Source of the DNA: Hypanus sabinus | Lineage: Eukaryota | Length of the DNA stretch: 64,000 nucleotides | Assembly: GCF_030144855.1 (NCBI RefSeq) | Contig: NC_082713.1 | Location: forward strand, 21,266,001-21,330,000 | Direction of reading: 5' to 3' | Part shown: positions 12,519 to 25,028 of the stretch, piece after piece | Layout of the letters: each line of letters opens with the position of its first letter | Numbering within the stretch: position 1 is the stretch's first letter | The notes under the pieces: generated by a model | Seen by the model: only the letters and a program-made list of their open reading frames with translations | What the model was told of the DNA's origin: nothing | Databases searched by the model: none | Position numbers and translations under genes: made by a program

Positions 12519-12624
12519 GTATCATAATTATATTGGTGAAGAGAGGATGGTTAGTGTTAAATTTTGTAATTCCAGAAATGAATTGAAAGAGTAAAACATA
12601 GGAACCCTGGAAAATGTCTAGAGC

Positions 12625-13180
12625 AACCACGAGGAAATCTGCAGATGCTGGAAATTCAAACAACACACACAAAATGCTGGTGGAACACAGAAGGCCAGGC
12701 AGCATCTGTAAGGAGAAGCACTGTCGACGTTTCGGGCCGAGACCCTTCGTCAGGACTGACTGAAAGGAAAGATAGTAAGAGATTTGAAAGTAGTGGGGGG
12801 AGGGATAAACGCGAAATGATAGGAGAAGACCGGAGGGGGTGGGATGAAGCTAAGAGCTGGAAAGGTGATTGGCGAAAGTGATACAGAGCTGGAGAAGGGA
12901 AAGGATCATGGGACGGGAGGCCTCAGGAGAAAGAAAGTTGGGGGGAGCACCAGAGGGAGATGGAGAACAGGCAAACAACTAAATATGTCAGGGATGGGGC
13001 AAGAAGGGGAGGAGGGGCATTAATGGAAGTTAGAGAAGTCAATGTTCATGCCATCAGGTTGGAGGCTACCCAGCCAGTATATAAGGTGTTGTTCTTCCAG
13101 CCTGAGTTTGGATTCATTTTGACAGTAGAGGAGGCCATGGATAGACATATCAGAATGGGAATGGGAATGGGACGTGGAAA
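12625..13180 (-). mobile_element. Penelope-like 3' end/terminal repeat, best-preserved copy
   Basis: Antisense to 15150-15680; includes the EN C-terminal remnant (LEEQHLIYWLGSLQPDGMNIDFSNF) and an intact hammerhead core. Confidence 0.85.
12721..12758 (-). ncRNA. Minimal type I hammerhead ribozyme with intact catalytic core
   Basis: CAGUC-CUGACGA-A-GGGU(CUCG)GCCC-GAAAC-GUC^GACAG; stem I GUC/GAC, stem II 4 bp, palindromic loopless stem III (ACGU); predicted cut between 12726 and 12725. Confidence 0.85.
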
Positions 13181-13214
13181 ATTCAGGTGCTGACTTACAG
13201 GCATTTAATCAATG

Positions 13215-13487
13215 ACCTTTCCCACCTATCACCTCCCAGTATCTCAATTCATCCCACCTCCCCCACCCACCTACCTTCCCTTCTCACTTGGTTTAACCAG
13301 TGTGTACTCCTCCCCTCCCCCATTTTCTTATTCTGTCTCTTCCCTCTCCCTTTCAATTCTGACGAAGGGTCTCGGCCTGAAACAACCCTTTTTCCCTTTG
13401 CATAGATGATGCCTGACCTGCTGAGTTCCACAGCATTTCGAATGTGTTACTTTGGAATTCCAGCATCTGCAGAATCCCTTGTGTTTA
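13215..13487 (+). mobile_element. Penelope-like terminal repeat copy, inverted relative to 12625-13180
   Basis: CTGACGAAGGGTCTCGGCCTGAAAC at 13359-13383 (cleavage triplet lost); tail ccagcatctgcagaatcccttgtgttt. Confidence 0.8.
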
Positions 13488-13689
13488 ATAAACGCACTGT
13501 TTGATTGTTATTTCACTCACAATTTTTCCTTATTAAAACAGTGATTATTATCATAAAATTAATTTATTTCCCTATGGTATTTCTTCATTATTATTATTAT
13601 TCTCATGAGTTTTACTGTCATATTTGCATGGCTCGTTTTCTTTTGCCCTTTTGTTGTTTGTCTGTCTTTCACTGTATGTGGTTTTAACT

Positions 13690-15680
13690 CTCAAAAACCT
13701 CCTCTTACTTACCTCTCAAACAGGACCCCGCTAAGGAGCAGCAGGCCATTGTCACCTGCACCATCACTGACCTTATTAACTTTGGGGAGCTCCCATTCAC
13801 TGCCACCAACCTTATAGTTCCATGACCCTGCACCTCCGGTTTCAACCTGCTACCCAATTTCCACAAATCTGTCTTTCCAGGAGACCCATTGTTTCTGCTT
13901 GTTCCTGACCAACTGAACTCACATCTGCATACCGCAACTCTGTTTTATCCCCCTGTTTCAGTCCTTGCTTACCTATATCAGTGACACTTCACACACTCTG
14001 GATCTTTACAATGACTTCAAGTTCCCTGGCCCTGATTGTCTCATTTTCACCATGGACACCTCCATCCCCCATCAGGAGGGCATTAAAAGCTCTCTACTTC
14101 TTTCTAAATGGACCAAAACTGTCCCCTCCATCACCGCTCTCCACAATCTGGGGGAACTGGCCCTCACTCTCAATACTTTCTCCTTCAGCTCCTCCCAACC
14201 AAAGATGTAGCCATGGGCACTCACATGGGTCCCAGCTACACCTGCCTTTTTGTCAGCTATGGGGAACAGTCTATGTTCCCAGCCTACACTGGTATCACTT
14301 CCCAACTTTTCCTATGCTACATAAATGACTGCATTGGGGGTGCTTCTGACACCCATGCTGAGCTTGTCGACTTCACCAACTTTGCCTCCAACTTTCACCC
14401 TGTATTCAAATTTTACCTGGCCCATTTTCCAATACCTCCCTCCCCTTTCTCAATCTCTCTGTCTCTAAAGACAAATTATCTTATGATATCTTTTATAAAT
14501 CCACTGATTCTCACAGCTAGCTGAACGATACCTCTCCTACCCTCTCACATGTACAAATGCTATCCCCTGCTCGCAGTTCCTCTGCCTCTGCTGCGCCTGC
14601 TTTCAGGATGAGACTTCCAAAACTAATGAGAAACTTCCAAAACTTCTTCTTCAAAAAAAGGCTTCCCTTCCTTCACCATCAATGCTGCCCTCAATGACAT
14701 CTCTTCCACTTCATGCACGTTTGCTCTTACCCCAACCTCCTGCCATACTACCAATCCTCTTGTCCTCACTAACCACATCACTAAGCTCCTTGCCCAGCAC
14801 ATAATTTTCCATAATTTCTGCTCTCTCCAAAAGGATCCCACCACAGGGATTGCTTCCTACATGGCTTCCTCATCCATTTGCCCCGCCCCATTGATCTTCC
14901 TCCTGGATTATCCTTGCAAGTGGATACACCTTCCACATCCTATCTCACTACCATTCAGGGCCCCAAACGGTCCTTCTGGGTGAGGCGGCACTTACCCTAT
15001 GAGTCTGTTGGGAGTCATCTACTGTATCCGGTGCTCCCAGTGTGGCCTCCTGTATATCAGTGAGACCAAAAGCAGATCGGGAGACTGCTTCACCGAGCTC
15101 CTGTGATCCGCCTGCCAGAAAAAGCGGGATCTTCTGATGGCCATCCGTTTCAATTGTACTTCCCATTCACATTCCAGCACGTCAGCCCATGGTCTCCTCT
15201 ACTGCTTCAACGAGACAGGAGGAGCAACATCTTATATTCCATCTGGGTAGCATCTTCCTGATAGCATAATAAACATCGATTTCTCTAACGTCTGCTAATG
15301 CCCCACAACCCTTCTCTATTCCCCTATTCCCTTTCTCACCTTATCTCCTTTCCTGCCCCTCAACTCCCTCTGGTGCTCTTCCCCCATCCTTTTGTTCCCT
15401 GGTCTTCTACCCTCTCCTATCAGAATACCCCTTCTCCAGCCCTGTATCTCTTTCACCAACCAACTTCCCAGCTCTTGTCTTCACCCCTCCTTCCCTCCCG
15501 GTTTCACCCATCACCTACCACGTTGCACTTCCTCCTCCCCTTCCCCCACCTTCTTGCTCTGACTTCTCATCTCTTTTCCCAGTCCGAATGAAGGGTCTCG
15601 GCCTGAAACGTTGACTGTTTACTCTTTTCCATGGATGCTGGCTGGGCTGCTGAGTTCCTTCAGCATTTCGTGTATGTTGT
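13690..15680 (+). mobile_element. Penelope-like retroelement (RT + GIY-YIG endonuclease), decayed, probably Neptune-type
   Basis: LIFTMD..SIPHQEG; VAMGTHMGPSYTCLFV; LCYINDCIG (degenerate YIDD); VIYCIRCSQCGLLYISETK at 15014-15070 (GIY-YIG); terminal repeat with mutated hammerhead at 15580-15617. Confidence 0.9.
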
Positions 15681-17789
15681 GAAGATTTTGATCGGTTCTC
15701 ATGTGCTTCTTTGTACTTACTGTGAATGCCTGCAAGAAAATTAATCCCAGGGTGGTATACGATGACACATTTACTTTGAACTAACTCTTTAAGATCCATG
15801 CCTATTACAGGTGGTTTGGAAATTAAGGAACTGAATAAGGCGACAAGTGATCCAGAAACTGAGAAGGATAAAGGGCAAACTACAGGCAAATGGTACTAGT
15901 TCAGGAAGGCAACCTGGTTGGCTTTTTACACCTTGAAATTCATTGTGGCAACCACCAGCTTTAGCAGGTTGATAAGCTTGACGGTATTTTGGTCATGATC
16001 TGTTGTACGTTGTAAATCAATAATATTAATAAGCAGAAGCATCAAGATTTGTAATAGATTAAAACTGTGATTTTACTCGAGTGCATCTTCCTTCTCTTGG
16101 ACACTGCATTTTTTTTGCTAAGCACTTAATGTGGGGGAAATCATGTAAGGCAGCGACAGAGTTGTGATGTCGAATTTGTTTCTGTAGGGGTGATGGAAAC
16201 AAAGTCAATCAGAGTCTTCAAAAAGGAATTAGACAGTGGCTTGAGGTTAAATAATTTTCAGTGGTGTGGGAAAATAGTGAGGAAAGGGAACTAATTACCT
16301 CAACACTTTCAAGGACTCTACTGCTCATCTTCTCAGTATTTATTTATCTGTTTGTTTATTTGTACTTATATTTGCGCATTGGCTTTTGAAGGTCTGAAGT
16401 GGAAATGACTCTTAGGGTAGTATATGATGCCACATACATATTTGATAGTAAATTTTCTTTGAATGTTGAACTTTAGTCGGATTGCACTACTCCAAGCCCG
16501 CATGGGCTCAAAGGCTCACTGGCTCCATTGTGTTTTGTAACAATTCAAAGCAATTGGAAGCAAAATGTTGAAGCTGTGCCCAAAGATTCAGCAAAATACA
16601 AAAGAAATTAATACAGTGCCTTTCAAAGAGTTATCTCCTATCTTCAATTGGTAATGTTCTTTGATATGTTCTTTATCACACTTGCTGTTTTTTTTATTTT
16701 TTCTGGGCAAACATGATCCCTGTTATTTTTCTGTAGAAAAAGGATTCCACATGACTCATGTCTATCTAATTATTTGTCTTTTAGATTCTCTTTTTTAACT
16801 CACATCTCTTCTGAATCCAACACTTACGTTTCCTAATCTTCCTTATCTCCTGTCTAATGTTGTCTTGGTCTTGGGCTAACTTTCTCACACAGGTACATCT
16901 AAAGTAATTACAACATTCCAGGTGCTATAATGCCTACAATTCCAACAGCAGAGTTTTATAAACACAATAAACTTCCTGTGCAGAAATGTAAAGAGTTTCC
17001 ACTATTATTGAAAGTGCCGACAGTTGATTCCAACTCAATTTTTAACCTAAGCTGTTGACAAGTTCTTGAGAACTCTCTCAGCAATAGGCAGAGGCAGCTC
17101 AGTGATAATTACTTACAGGTTTTATAAAAGGGGGAGAAAATGACTTTTCTTAATTTATTTTGGCAGAGTTTAATGTGAGACTTTTTCCTATGAAAGAAAT
17201 GGAAGTCAAAACAAAATTAAAATGTAAATTGTTGAGATTCTTACCAGCCACAAGAAGGGCTAAATTCAGCCTTGACTCAAACATTCTAGATACGATCACC
17301 AGAGAATAGCATCATCAGTGCTTGTTTCTGGTTTTTGTTTCTGACGGGATTTTGAGTATTGTGAATTATTCAGCATAGGAAGTGATAGCTAGAGCAGAGA
17401 AGTTAGGGACAGACAGGAATACACTTGGAAAATGCATTGTACTTGCTCTTTGTCATAAAATTGAATGTCTGGTGCATTTCATCCACAACTTATTTTACCC
17501 AACCTCAAATGAATGACTTACTATTTCATTGAGGTTATACCCTACAATTATACACCTCCTAATTCTATACATTTTTTGGTATGCCACAACGTAACTATTT
17601 TACGTCATTCTAGAATCCCTCCATTAGGATGTAGCTTAACCATTCACACCACTGAGCCTGAGTACCCTTCTCTTGAACACAAGTTATTATTTTCACATTT
17701 GCTCCAGTACAATTGGAGCCCATCATGTTGAAAATCAAGTATTCTAACTGGTTGCATCACCATCTCACGTGGAGGGGCCACTAATGTCC

Positions 17790-18610
17790 GTGGTCTTCTG
17801 TTGCTCTAGCTAGCCCATCCACTTCAAGGTTTGGCATGTTGTGCATTTACAGATCCTCTCCTGCACACCGCTGCTGTAAGGTGTGATTATCGGAGCTACT
17901 GTTGCCTTCCCGTCAAATTGAACTAGCATGGCCATGCTTCTCTGGCCTGTCTCATTAGCAAGGCGTTTTCACTCACAGAACCGCTGCTCACTAGATCTTC
18001 TTTGGTTTTTTTGCACCACACTCTAGAGATTGTTGTGCAGTAAAATCCCACTGGATCACCAATTCCTGGGATAGTCATAGAGAACTACAGCATTGAAACA
18101 GGCCTTTCAGCCCATCTAATCCATGCTGAAACCATTTAAACTGCCTACTCCCAATGACCTGCACCAGTACCATAGTCCTTTATATCCCTACTATCCATGT
18201 ACATATCCAAACTTCTCTTAAACATTGAAATCGAGCTCAGACGGATCACTTGTGCTGGCAGCTCGTTCCACACTCTCACAACCCTCTGAGTGAAAAGTTC
18301 CCCTCATGTTCCCCTTAAACTTTTCACCTTTCACTCTTAACCCATGATCTCTGGAAATGTCCAACCAACCTCAGTGGAAAAAGCCTTATCTATACCCCTC
18401 ATAATTTTGTATGCCTCTATCAACTCTCCTTCTAGCAGAAGGTATGATTTGATATTCTCTGGCACAAAGAATCATTCCATGGACAAGCTCACTTAGATAA
18501 CATTTCTTCCACATTCTGATGTGTGGTCTGAATAACAACTGAACCTGGTGACCAATGCTTTTTGCATTAAATTGCTGCCACATGATTTGGTATTTGCATT
18601 AAGGAACAGG
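17790..18610 (-). mobile_element. Tc1-like non-autonomous element interrupted by a CR1 3' fragment (about 18075-18450)
   Basis: 17790-18073 and 18451-18610 are antisense to consecutive parts of 22996-23553; the insert is antisense CR1 (FTQRVV.VWNELP). Confidence 0.75.
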
Positions 18611-19194
18611 TAGTTATTTATGTATGGGCTGTACTGCTGCTGTAAGGCAACATATTTCAGAACAGGTATCAGAGATAATAAACATGATGATGATACTGAA
18701 CAATTAGGTATAAACTCAGATGTTTCTTGGTCTCCACAAAATTTCTCTTCATTGTTTAAAAATACAGGCCATCATTTTTAAGGCTGTTATCAAGCAAGAC
18801 TTGTTAATTAGCAATGAATAGTTTATAATTCAAGCAAAATATATGGTCATATAATTATAGCCAAACTAATTGAACACTGAATTTGTAAGGACTTAACAAC
18901 TCCCTTTGAAACTACTTTTAAGTACCAACTGGTAACAGGTATCTGGAGAGTGAAGATAATTGTTGAAAATAACTGCCAATGTGCCCACATCCCTTAGGAC
19001 ATAATGCCTTGGACATTTAACACTTTTGCTTTATTTCTTTAGAGACACCGAGTAAGATAGCCTAGAAAAAGGTCCTTCGGCCCAACTTGTTCCTGCTGAC
19101 CATGATAGCCATTTACATTAGTCTCACTTGCTTGCTTTTGGTCCACAACTCTATAATCCATGTACCTATCTAGTCTTTTTAATGTTGTTCTTAA

Positions 19195-19830
19195 GAGCAT
19201 AAGACATAGGACCAAAATTAGGCCATTCAACCCATTGACTCTGCTCTGTCATTCCACCATGGCCAAATTAATATCCCTCTCAATGTCATTCTCCTGCCTT
19301 CTCCCCGTAACCTTTAAAAACAAGAGAAATTCTGCAGATGCTGGAAATCTAAGCAACACATGCAAAATGCTAGAAGTACTCAGCAGGCCAGGCAGCATTT
19401 ATGGAAAAAAGTACAGTTAACGTACCTTGACTGTACTTTTTTCCATAGATTTTGTCTAGCCTACTGAGTTCCTCCAGTTTTTTGTGTGTGTTCCCTGTAA
19501 CTTTTGAAGCCCTTACTTATAAAGAACCTATCAACTTCCACTTTAAATAACTTGGCCTCTATAGACATCTGAGGCAATAATTTCCTCAGATATATCACCT
19601 CTTGTCTTAAGAAATTTCTCCTTATTTCTGTTCTAAAGGGCTGCCCTTCTATTCTGAGGCTCTGCGCTCTGGTCCTAGAATCCTTCACTGCAGGAAACAT
19701 CCTCTCCATTTCCACTCTTTCAAAATTTGATAGATTTCAATAAGATATACGCTGATTCTTCTAAACTGCAGTGAGTTCAGGCTCAGAGCCATCGAATGAT
19801 CCTCGACTCTTTTATGCCCGGATCACTGAA
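19195..19830 (-). mobile_element. CR1 LINE 3' fragment hosting a fold-back insertion
   Basis: ORF 19461-19715: SRTRAQSLRIEGQPFRTEIRRNF...FKVEVDRF, the CR1 ORF2 C-terminus. Confidence 0.8.
19316..19491. mobile_element. Fold-back (palindromic) Penelope terminal-repeat insertion with 14-bp TSD
   Basis: Perfect 18-bp inverted stem 19400-19417/19430-19447 with imperfect extension; flanks tccccgtaaccttt (19302-19315) and tccctgtaactttt (19492-19505). Confidence 0.8.
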
Positions 19831-21329
19831 TCTGCCACAATCAGTTTCTCTGGCATCCCTTTACACCTTGGTCATTCTCTAGGACTCCTGCTCAAAGCCT
19901 GAGGAAGGTGGATGAAGGCAGGAAAATACAAAAAAATAGCTGGAATAAATTATTAGAATTGGGTGATTATTCAGGACTGTGTTGGGGATAGAGGTCTGTA
20001 CTAAAAGTGAGAGAAGCACTAAGTACCTCTGTAATGTTAAGGAACTGTGAACATAGTCTTCCCCAAGACTATATCTTTGCTGCCACCAGATTTTAATCGT
20101 TTGGGCCTTCTAGACTCAGGGATGTAGGCTAAGAATAAAGAGCTGAATTATTAAAAATGAAATGAGAAGCAATTTATTCTCTCAGAGGTCTGTGTTTTTG
20201 AAATTCTCTGCTATCGGATGATGACTGGTATAATATTTTCAAGGTTGACACTATCTTTGTTTTCTTTTTGCACTACCTATTTAATTATTATTTATTGTTA
20301 CTTAATTTCACATAATTTATTTAATTATTTATGTACTGTTATTTGATTACTAATACTAACTTATTTTATATATACTTCTTGCCATTCATAGTATATTTCA
20401 TGTCTTGTGCTGTGCTGCTTCTATTAAACAACAGATTTCACGACACACAATATATCAATAATAATCTACTTGATTCTGATCCTGATTCAGAACAGCTGAG
20501 GATTGTGGAGACCAGGAGGAAGTGGATTGAACCTAGAGATCTAGCAAGTCATACCCTTAATCCGTGGTGGAACAAGTATGAGGAATTGGTCCATTTATTC
20601 CTGCTTCCATTCCTTATGTTATTATAAGCCAGGGACTGTTTTTTTCCTGTGGAATCATCTGTGATTTAAATAGCGTGCGCATTTCAGAATGTCATTGATG
20701 ATGATTCTGTCATTAGTTAGGCCTGAAGATGTGTGTGGTGGAAATATTCTGAGATACGACCTCTGTCCTCCATATTTTACTCCTCCCGACTGTATCTTTC
20801 CCACGAGGCAGCAAGACCGTGATTAATTACTTTTTTTTCCACTCAGCCCTAAGGAAATTGGTATCCCTTTGGAGAATTTTGGATAACCTCCTTATTTTAT
20901 TAAGATTTCAAAACTGACCCCTCATAGCATTTTATACAAGCCACCAGTGTTTTCAACTGAACAGCCTCTTATCTTATGGAATACTTCCATTTTTGAAAAA
21001 AAAAATTGAGCTGACGGTCAGATACAAACTAATCCAATCATAACCTTTGTGTATATTTAAAATCTCTGTGTTAAAGTTTCCTACAAGCTTGTTACCAGGG
21101 AGCACATACTAATAAACTTTACAGCTTCTATTAGGGTAGACTTGGTAAAAGACTTTGTTAATAAAGAGAACTAAAATTAGAAAAATATGTTGGTATTCCA
21201 TTACATCGTTAAGAAAAGAAAAGCAATTTGGTTCACTCATGGCATATGTGGAAGAATTGCCCCAATACTACATCAGACACAGAGCATCCAAACCTGCCCT
21301 TTGAACCATTGAATCTGTAATGGCCGTCA

Positions 21330-21610
21330 AACATCGATTGACGTTAATCCCATTTTATTCTCCCTATATTTCCATCAACTCTAACCTCTTCCCCCATAGT
21401 CTGCCACTCACTAGCAACACTGGGGTCAGAGAACCTACCAACCCACACATCTCTGGGATATGGGAAGGAATCCAGGCAATCACAGGAAGCCCATGTAATG
21501 GCATGGAGAACATGCAAACTCTGCAAAGACAGTATTGTGGATAAGGATTGAGCAATCATGACTGGAGTGGTATAATAGAGGCACAACAATCTGCCTCAAT
21601 GTGCCACCCA
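21330..21610 (-). mobile_element. tRNA-derived V-SINE/HE1-like SINE, diverged
   Basis: Antisense ggagaacatgcaaactc central domain and gtgccacc head, similar to 54055-54346. Confidence 0.6.
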
Positions 21611-22394
21611 AAGGCCGTGCCTATTAATGACTCCTGATGCATCGGAATGTATTCAACATTTAATTAGTTAAATAAGCCACTTAGATCAAACGCAATTATG
21701 GATAGAAAACAAATTCTGATATCTTATCCCTTGAATACATTTAAAACAAGACCTTATCGATAGCTAGACATATAACTGGTCATGGGTAATAAAAAGATGA
21801 GTTCTTATCTTCACTTCAAACTAACCATTGTCAAGATAAAATAAGATTCCACGGTGTCTTACTATGGCAATCCAGGCCCTATGATCTGGAGTTTGTGGTT
21901 TCCTCTTACAACTCCTACAGATCTTTATTGGTCTCCTGAGCCCAACATAAAAAATTTATTTCAAAGTAATCCTAATAAAATAAAAATCCAAGAATTCTTT
22001 GCCTGAGGCCAAGTAATTTCATTAGGAATTCTGCAGCATTACTGCTCCACCCGATTCCTTCATTTTTCCAATTAGACGTTGCCGACTCAATTGACAAGTT
22101 GGTATATTGCCGTTGCTAGATGTGACCCTCTCAACCTGCAGACAGCGGGCTGCTTTGAAATCAGAGAGAGAGCTGTACCCGGTTCAATAAGAAGACTGAT
22201 CATTATTTGTCCTTCGGCCAGCACTACTATGAATGGAATATTCTGATTACTTTTGTGGAAATTTGACAAATTTTATTGTATTTTCTACATTATAACAGCA
22301 ACTTGCCTCAAATGGACTTCATTGTCCATAATCTTTTGCAAAATATTCATGTGTTCAAAAGGCAAGCATGTAAATACAAAAGTTGGGCTTTACT

Positions 22395-22945
22395 GGCAGC
22401 CATTCATTTTAAATCTACTTCCAATTCCCAGTCCGACATGTTAGTCCATGGCCTCCTCAGGGCAGGTCTCTCACTGGTTGGAGAAGCAACAACTCTGGGT
22501 AGCCTCCAACCTGATGACATCAACATTGATTTCTCTAACCTGGTAAGTTCTCCTCCCTTGTTCTTCTCTCCTTTTCCATTTCCCCACTCTGGCTCTCCTC
22601 TCACTCCTTCCCTTCTCCTCATCTGCTCATTACCTCCCTCTGGTGACCATCCTCCTTCTTTCCTCCTATGGTCCACTGTCTTTTCCTATCAGATTCCTTC
22701 TTCTTCAGCCCTTTACGTCTAACACTGTCACCTCCCAGATTCTTACTTCATAACCCCCTCTCCCCCACATATCTACAATCCCCCTCATCTGGTTTCATCT
22801 TCTAGCTCATAGTCCTTCCACTTCCCTAACGTTATTATTCAAACTTCTTCCCCTTCCTTTCCAGTCCTGATGAAAAGTAGATTGTTGATTCCTCTTCAGG
22901 ATGCTGCCTGACCTGCTGAGTTCCTCCATCACTTTGTGTTTGTTG
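22395..22945 (+). mobile_element. Penelope-like 3' fragment
   Basis: LGSLQPDDINIDFSN EN tail; CAGTCCTGATGA at 22862-22873 with stem II deleted. Confidence 0.8.
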
Positions 22946-22995
22946 TTTAAATACAAGTCCTCCTTCCTAAAGGATTCATCAAAATATGCAGTATA

Positions 22996-23553
22996 CACTC
23001 AACAGAGACTTTATTAGGTATGCCTGTATACCTGCAAGTTAATGCGAATATCTGATCAACCAATCATGTGGGAGCATCTCAATGTATAAGAGCATGCAGG
23101 CCTGGTCAAGAGGTTCACTTGTTGTTCAGATCAAACATCAGGATGGGGAAGAAATGTGACCTAAGTGACTTCGACTGCGGAATGATTGTTGGTGCCAGAC
23201 AGGGTGGTTTGAGTGTCTCAGAAACTGCTGATCTCCTGAGGTTTTCATGCTCAATGGTCTTTAGAGTTTACAGAGAATTGTGAACAAAACCAAAAAAAAA
23301 AATCCATTGAGCAGCAGTTCTGTGGGTGAAAATGCCTTGTTAATGAGAGAGGTCAGAGGAGAATGGCCAGACTGGTTCAAGCCGACAGGAAGGTGACAGT
23401 AACTCAAATAACCACGTTTTACAACAGTGGTGTGGAGAAGAGCATCTCTGAATGCACAACACGTCAAACCTTGAAATGGATGAGCTACTGCAGCAGAAGA
23501 CCATGAACATATGCTCAGTGGCCGGGGGTTCCTAATAAAGTGACCACTGAGAG
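22996..23553 (+). mobile_element. Tc1-like non-autonomous DNA transposon
   Basis: TA flanks (22994-95, 23554-55); imperfect TIRs cactca...actttattagg / cctaataaagtgaccactgagag; transposase N-terminal HTH MGKKCDLSDFDCGMIVGARQGGLSVSETADLL; no DDE domain. Confidence 0.88.
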
Positions 23554-24374
23554 TAGTTAAATGTTTTTGGCTATCATTAAACCATGTCCCTCAACAGACC
23601 CACTGAGTTACACAAATAGACTTATTTAATTTAATAAGTGGCAAAATAATGTTATTAAAATGGATTTATTTATATGTTATAGCATTATCTTGGTTTGTCC
23701 TCTGTCTGTTTATCAGTAACATGTTGAATCCACCTCCCAGAGAACTAGGTTGGGAAAAAATTGCTGGCACATTTCCATTAATTGTTAGGCAAGAGACATA
23801 ATCACAGTGAGACAGTTGTTTCTCTGTAAACTACACAGTGATGATACACGATACAGGGATTCAGGGCATTGTTTAAAAGCTATTTGTTGAACAACTAGTT
23901 ATTGAGTGCACGTCTCCTGCTGACTTTTACAGGGCCATCATTGCTGATTACTATTTCTTATCAATGCCAAAGCACCATTCATTGTGCAACAAATCAATGT
24001 TTTAATTCTTTGCAAATCTGCAGCCAGCAGTGAACAGGTTACATTCATTGGCGCTTCACGGCTTCCTTGATAAGACTGTAATAGTAGTCTTAATACTTAT
24101 ATCTCTGAAGACCTCTCATCTTTGATTTACATTAATTATCTTACAGATGACATGGTGACAGAGTGGTTACATTTCCAGGTTAGCAATCCAAAACCATTAT
24201 CTGTTATTCCTGTAACATTGGTACAACTCCCTCCATCTGCAGCTTGGGAATTGGAATTCAAGTTTGCTCTTATTATAGCCAAATGAGTAATTAGCAAATT
24301 GTTGTAAAAAAAAACCCATCTGTTTCACTTTAGGGATAGAAATCTGCTTTCTTTAATCAGATTTCCTTAAGGCA

Positions 24375-24560
24375 GGGAATGAGAGGGAGAGGGAGAGGGT
24401 GAAAAGGGGAGAGGAGGGAGAGGGGTGGATGAAGATGGAGGGGGGAAAGGAGGGGGAAGAAAGAGGGGGAAGGACGAGAGGGGAGTCAGAAAAGGGAGAG
24501 GGAAAAGGGGAAGAGGAGTAAGAGAGGCGAGAGAGAGAGAGAGAGAGGGAGAGAGGAAAA
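24375..24560 (+). repeat. Purine-rich G/A low-complexity tract ending in (GA)n
   Basis: About 185 bp, almost entirely G/A, with multiple G runs. Confidence 0.9.
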
Positions 24561-24832
24561 AACTTAAAAGTTAATCAAAATAGAATGTGTATCTTTCCTT
24601 GAGGAAAGTTAGTGAGTGCACTGGAACTTCATGGCAATGTATCTCTGGCCATTTTGCAGTCTGGCATGGAAGAGATACACCTCATTATTATCAGGTTTGT
24701 GAATCCAGGCACCCACATGCTCACCCATACACCCTCATCTCCATCCATCTGTTACCATCATGAGCATAGGTCAGGTACTTTAGTGCCCTTCCCATTTTTA
24801 ATGAACCATGGAAATAATTTCTCAGAATGGAA

Positions 24833-25028
24833 ACACAATAGACGGCAGATGCCGGAGTCTGGAGAAATAAACGTGATGCTGGAGGAACTCAGTGGGTCTG
24901 TGAAGGGACACGGACAATGTTTCGGACTGAGGCCCTTCATCAGCGCAATCCTGAAACATTGACTGTCCTTCTCCCTTCAGAGATGCTGCCAGACCTGATG
25001 AGTTCCTCCAGCATTTTGCTTGTTGCTC
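24833..25028. mobile_element. Fold-back pair of Penelope terminal repeats
   Basis: Minus arm with CUGAUGA-A-GGGCCUCAGUCC-GAAAC-AUU (24943-24915) joined to a plus arm starting cctgaaacattgactg. Confidence 0.7.
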
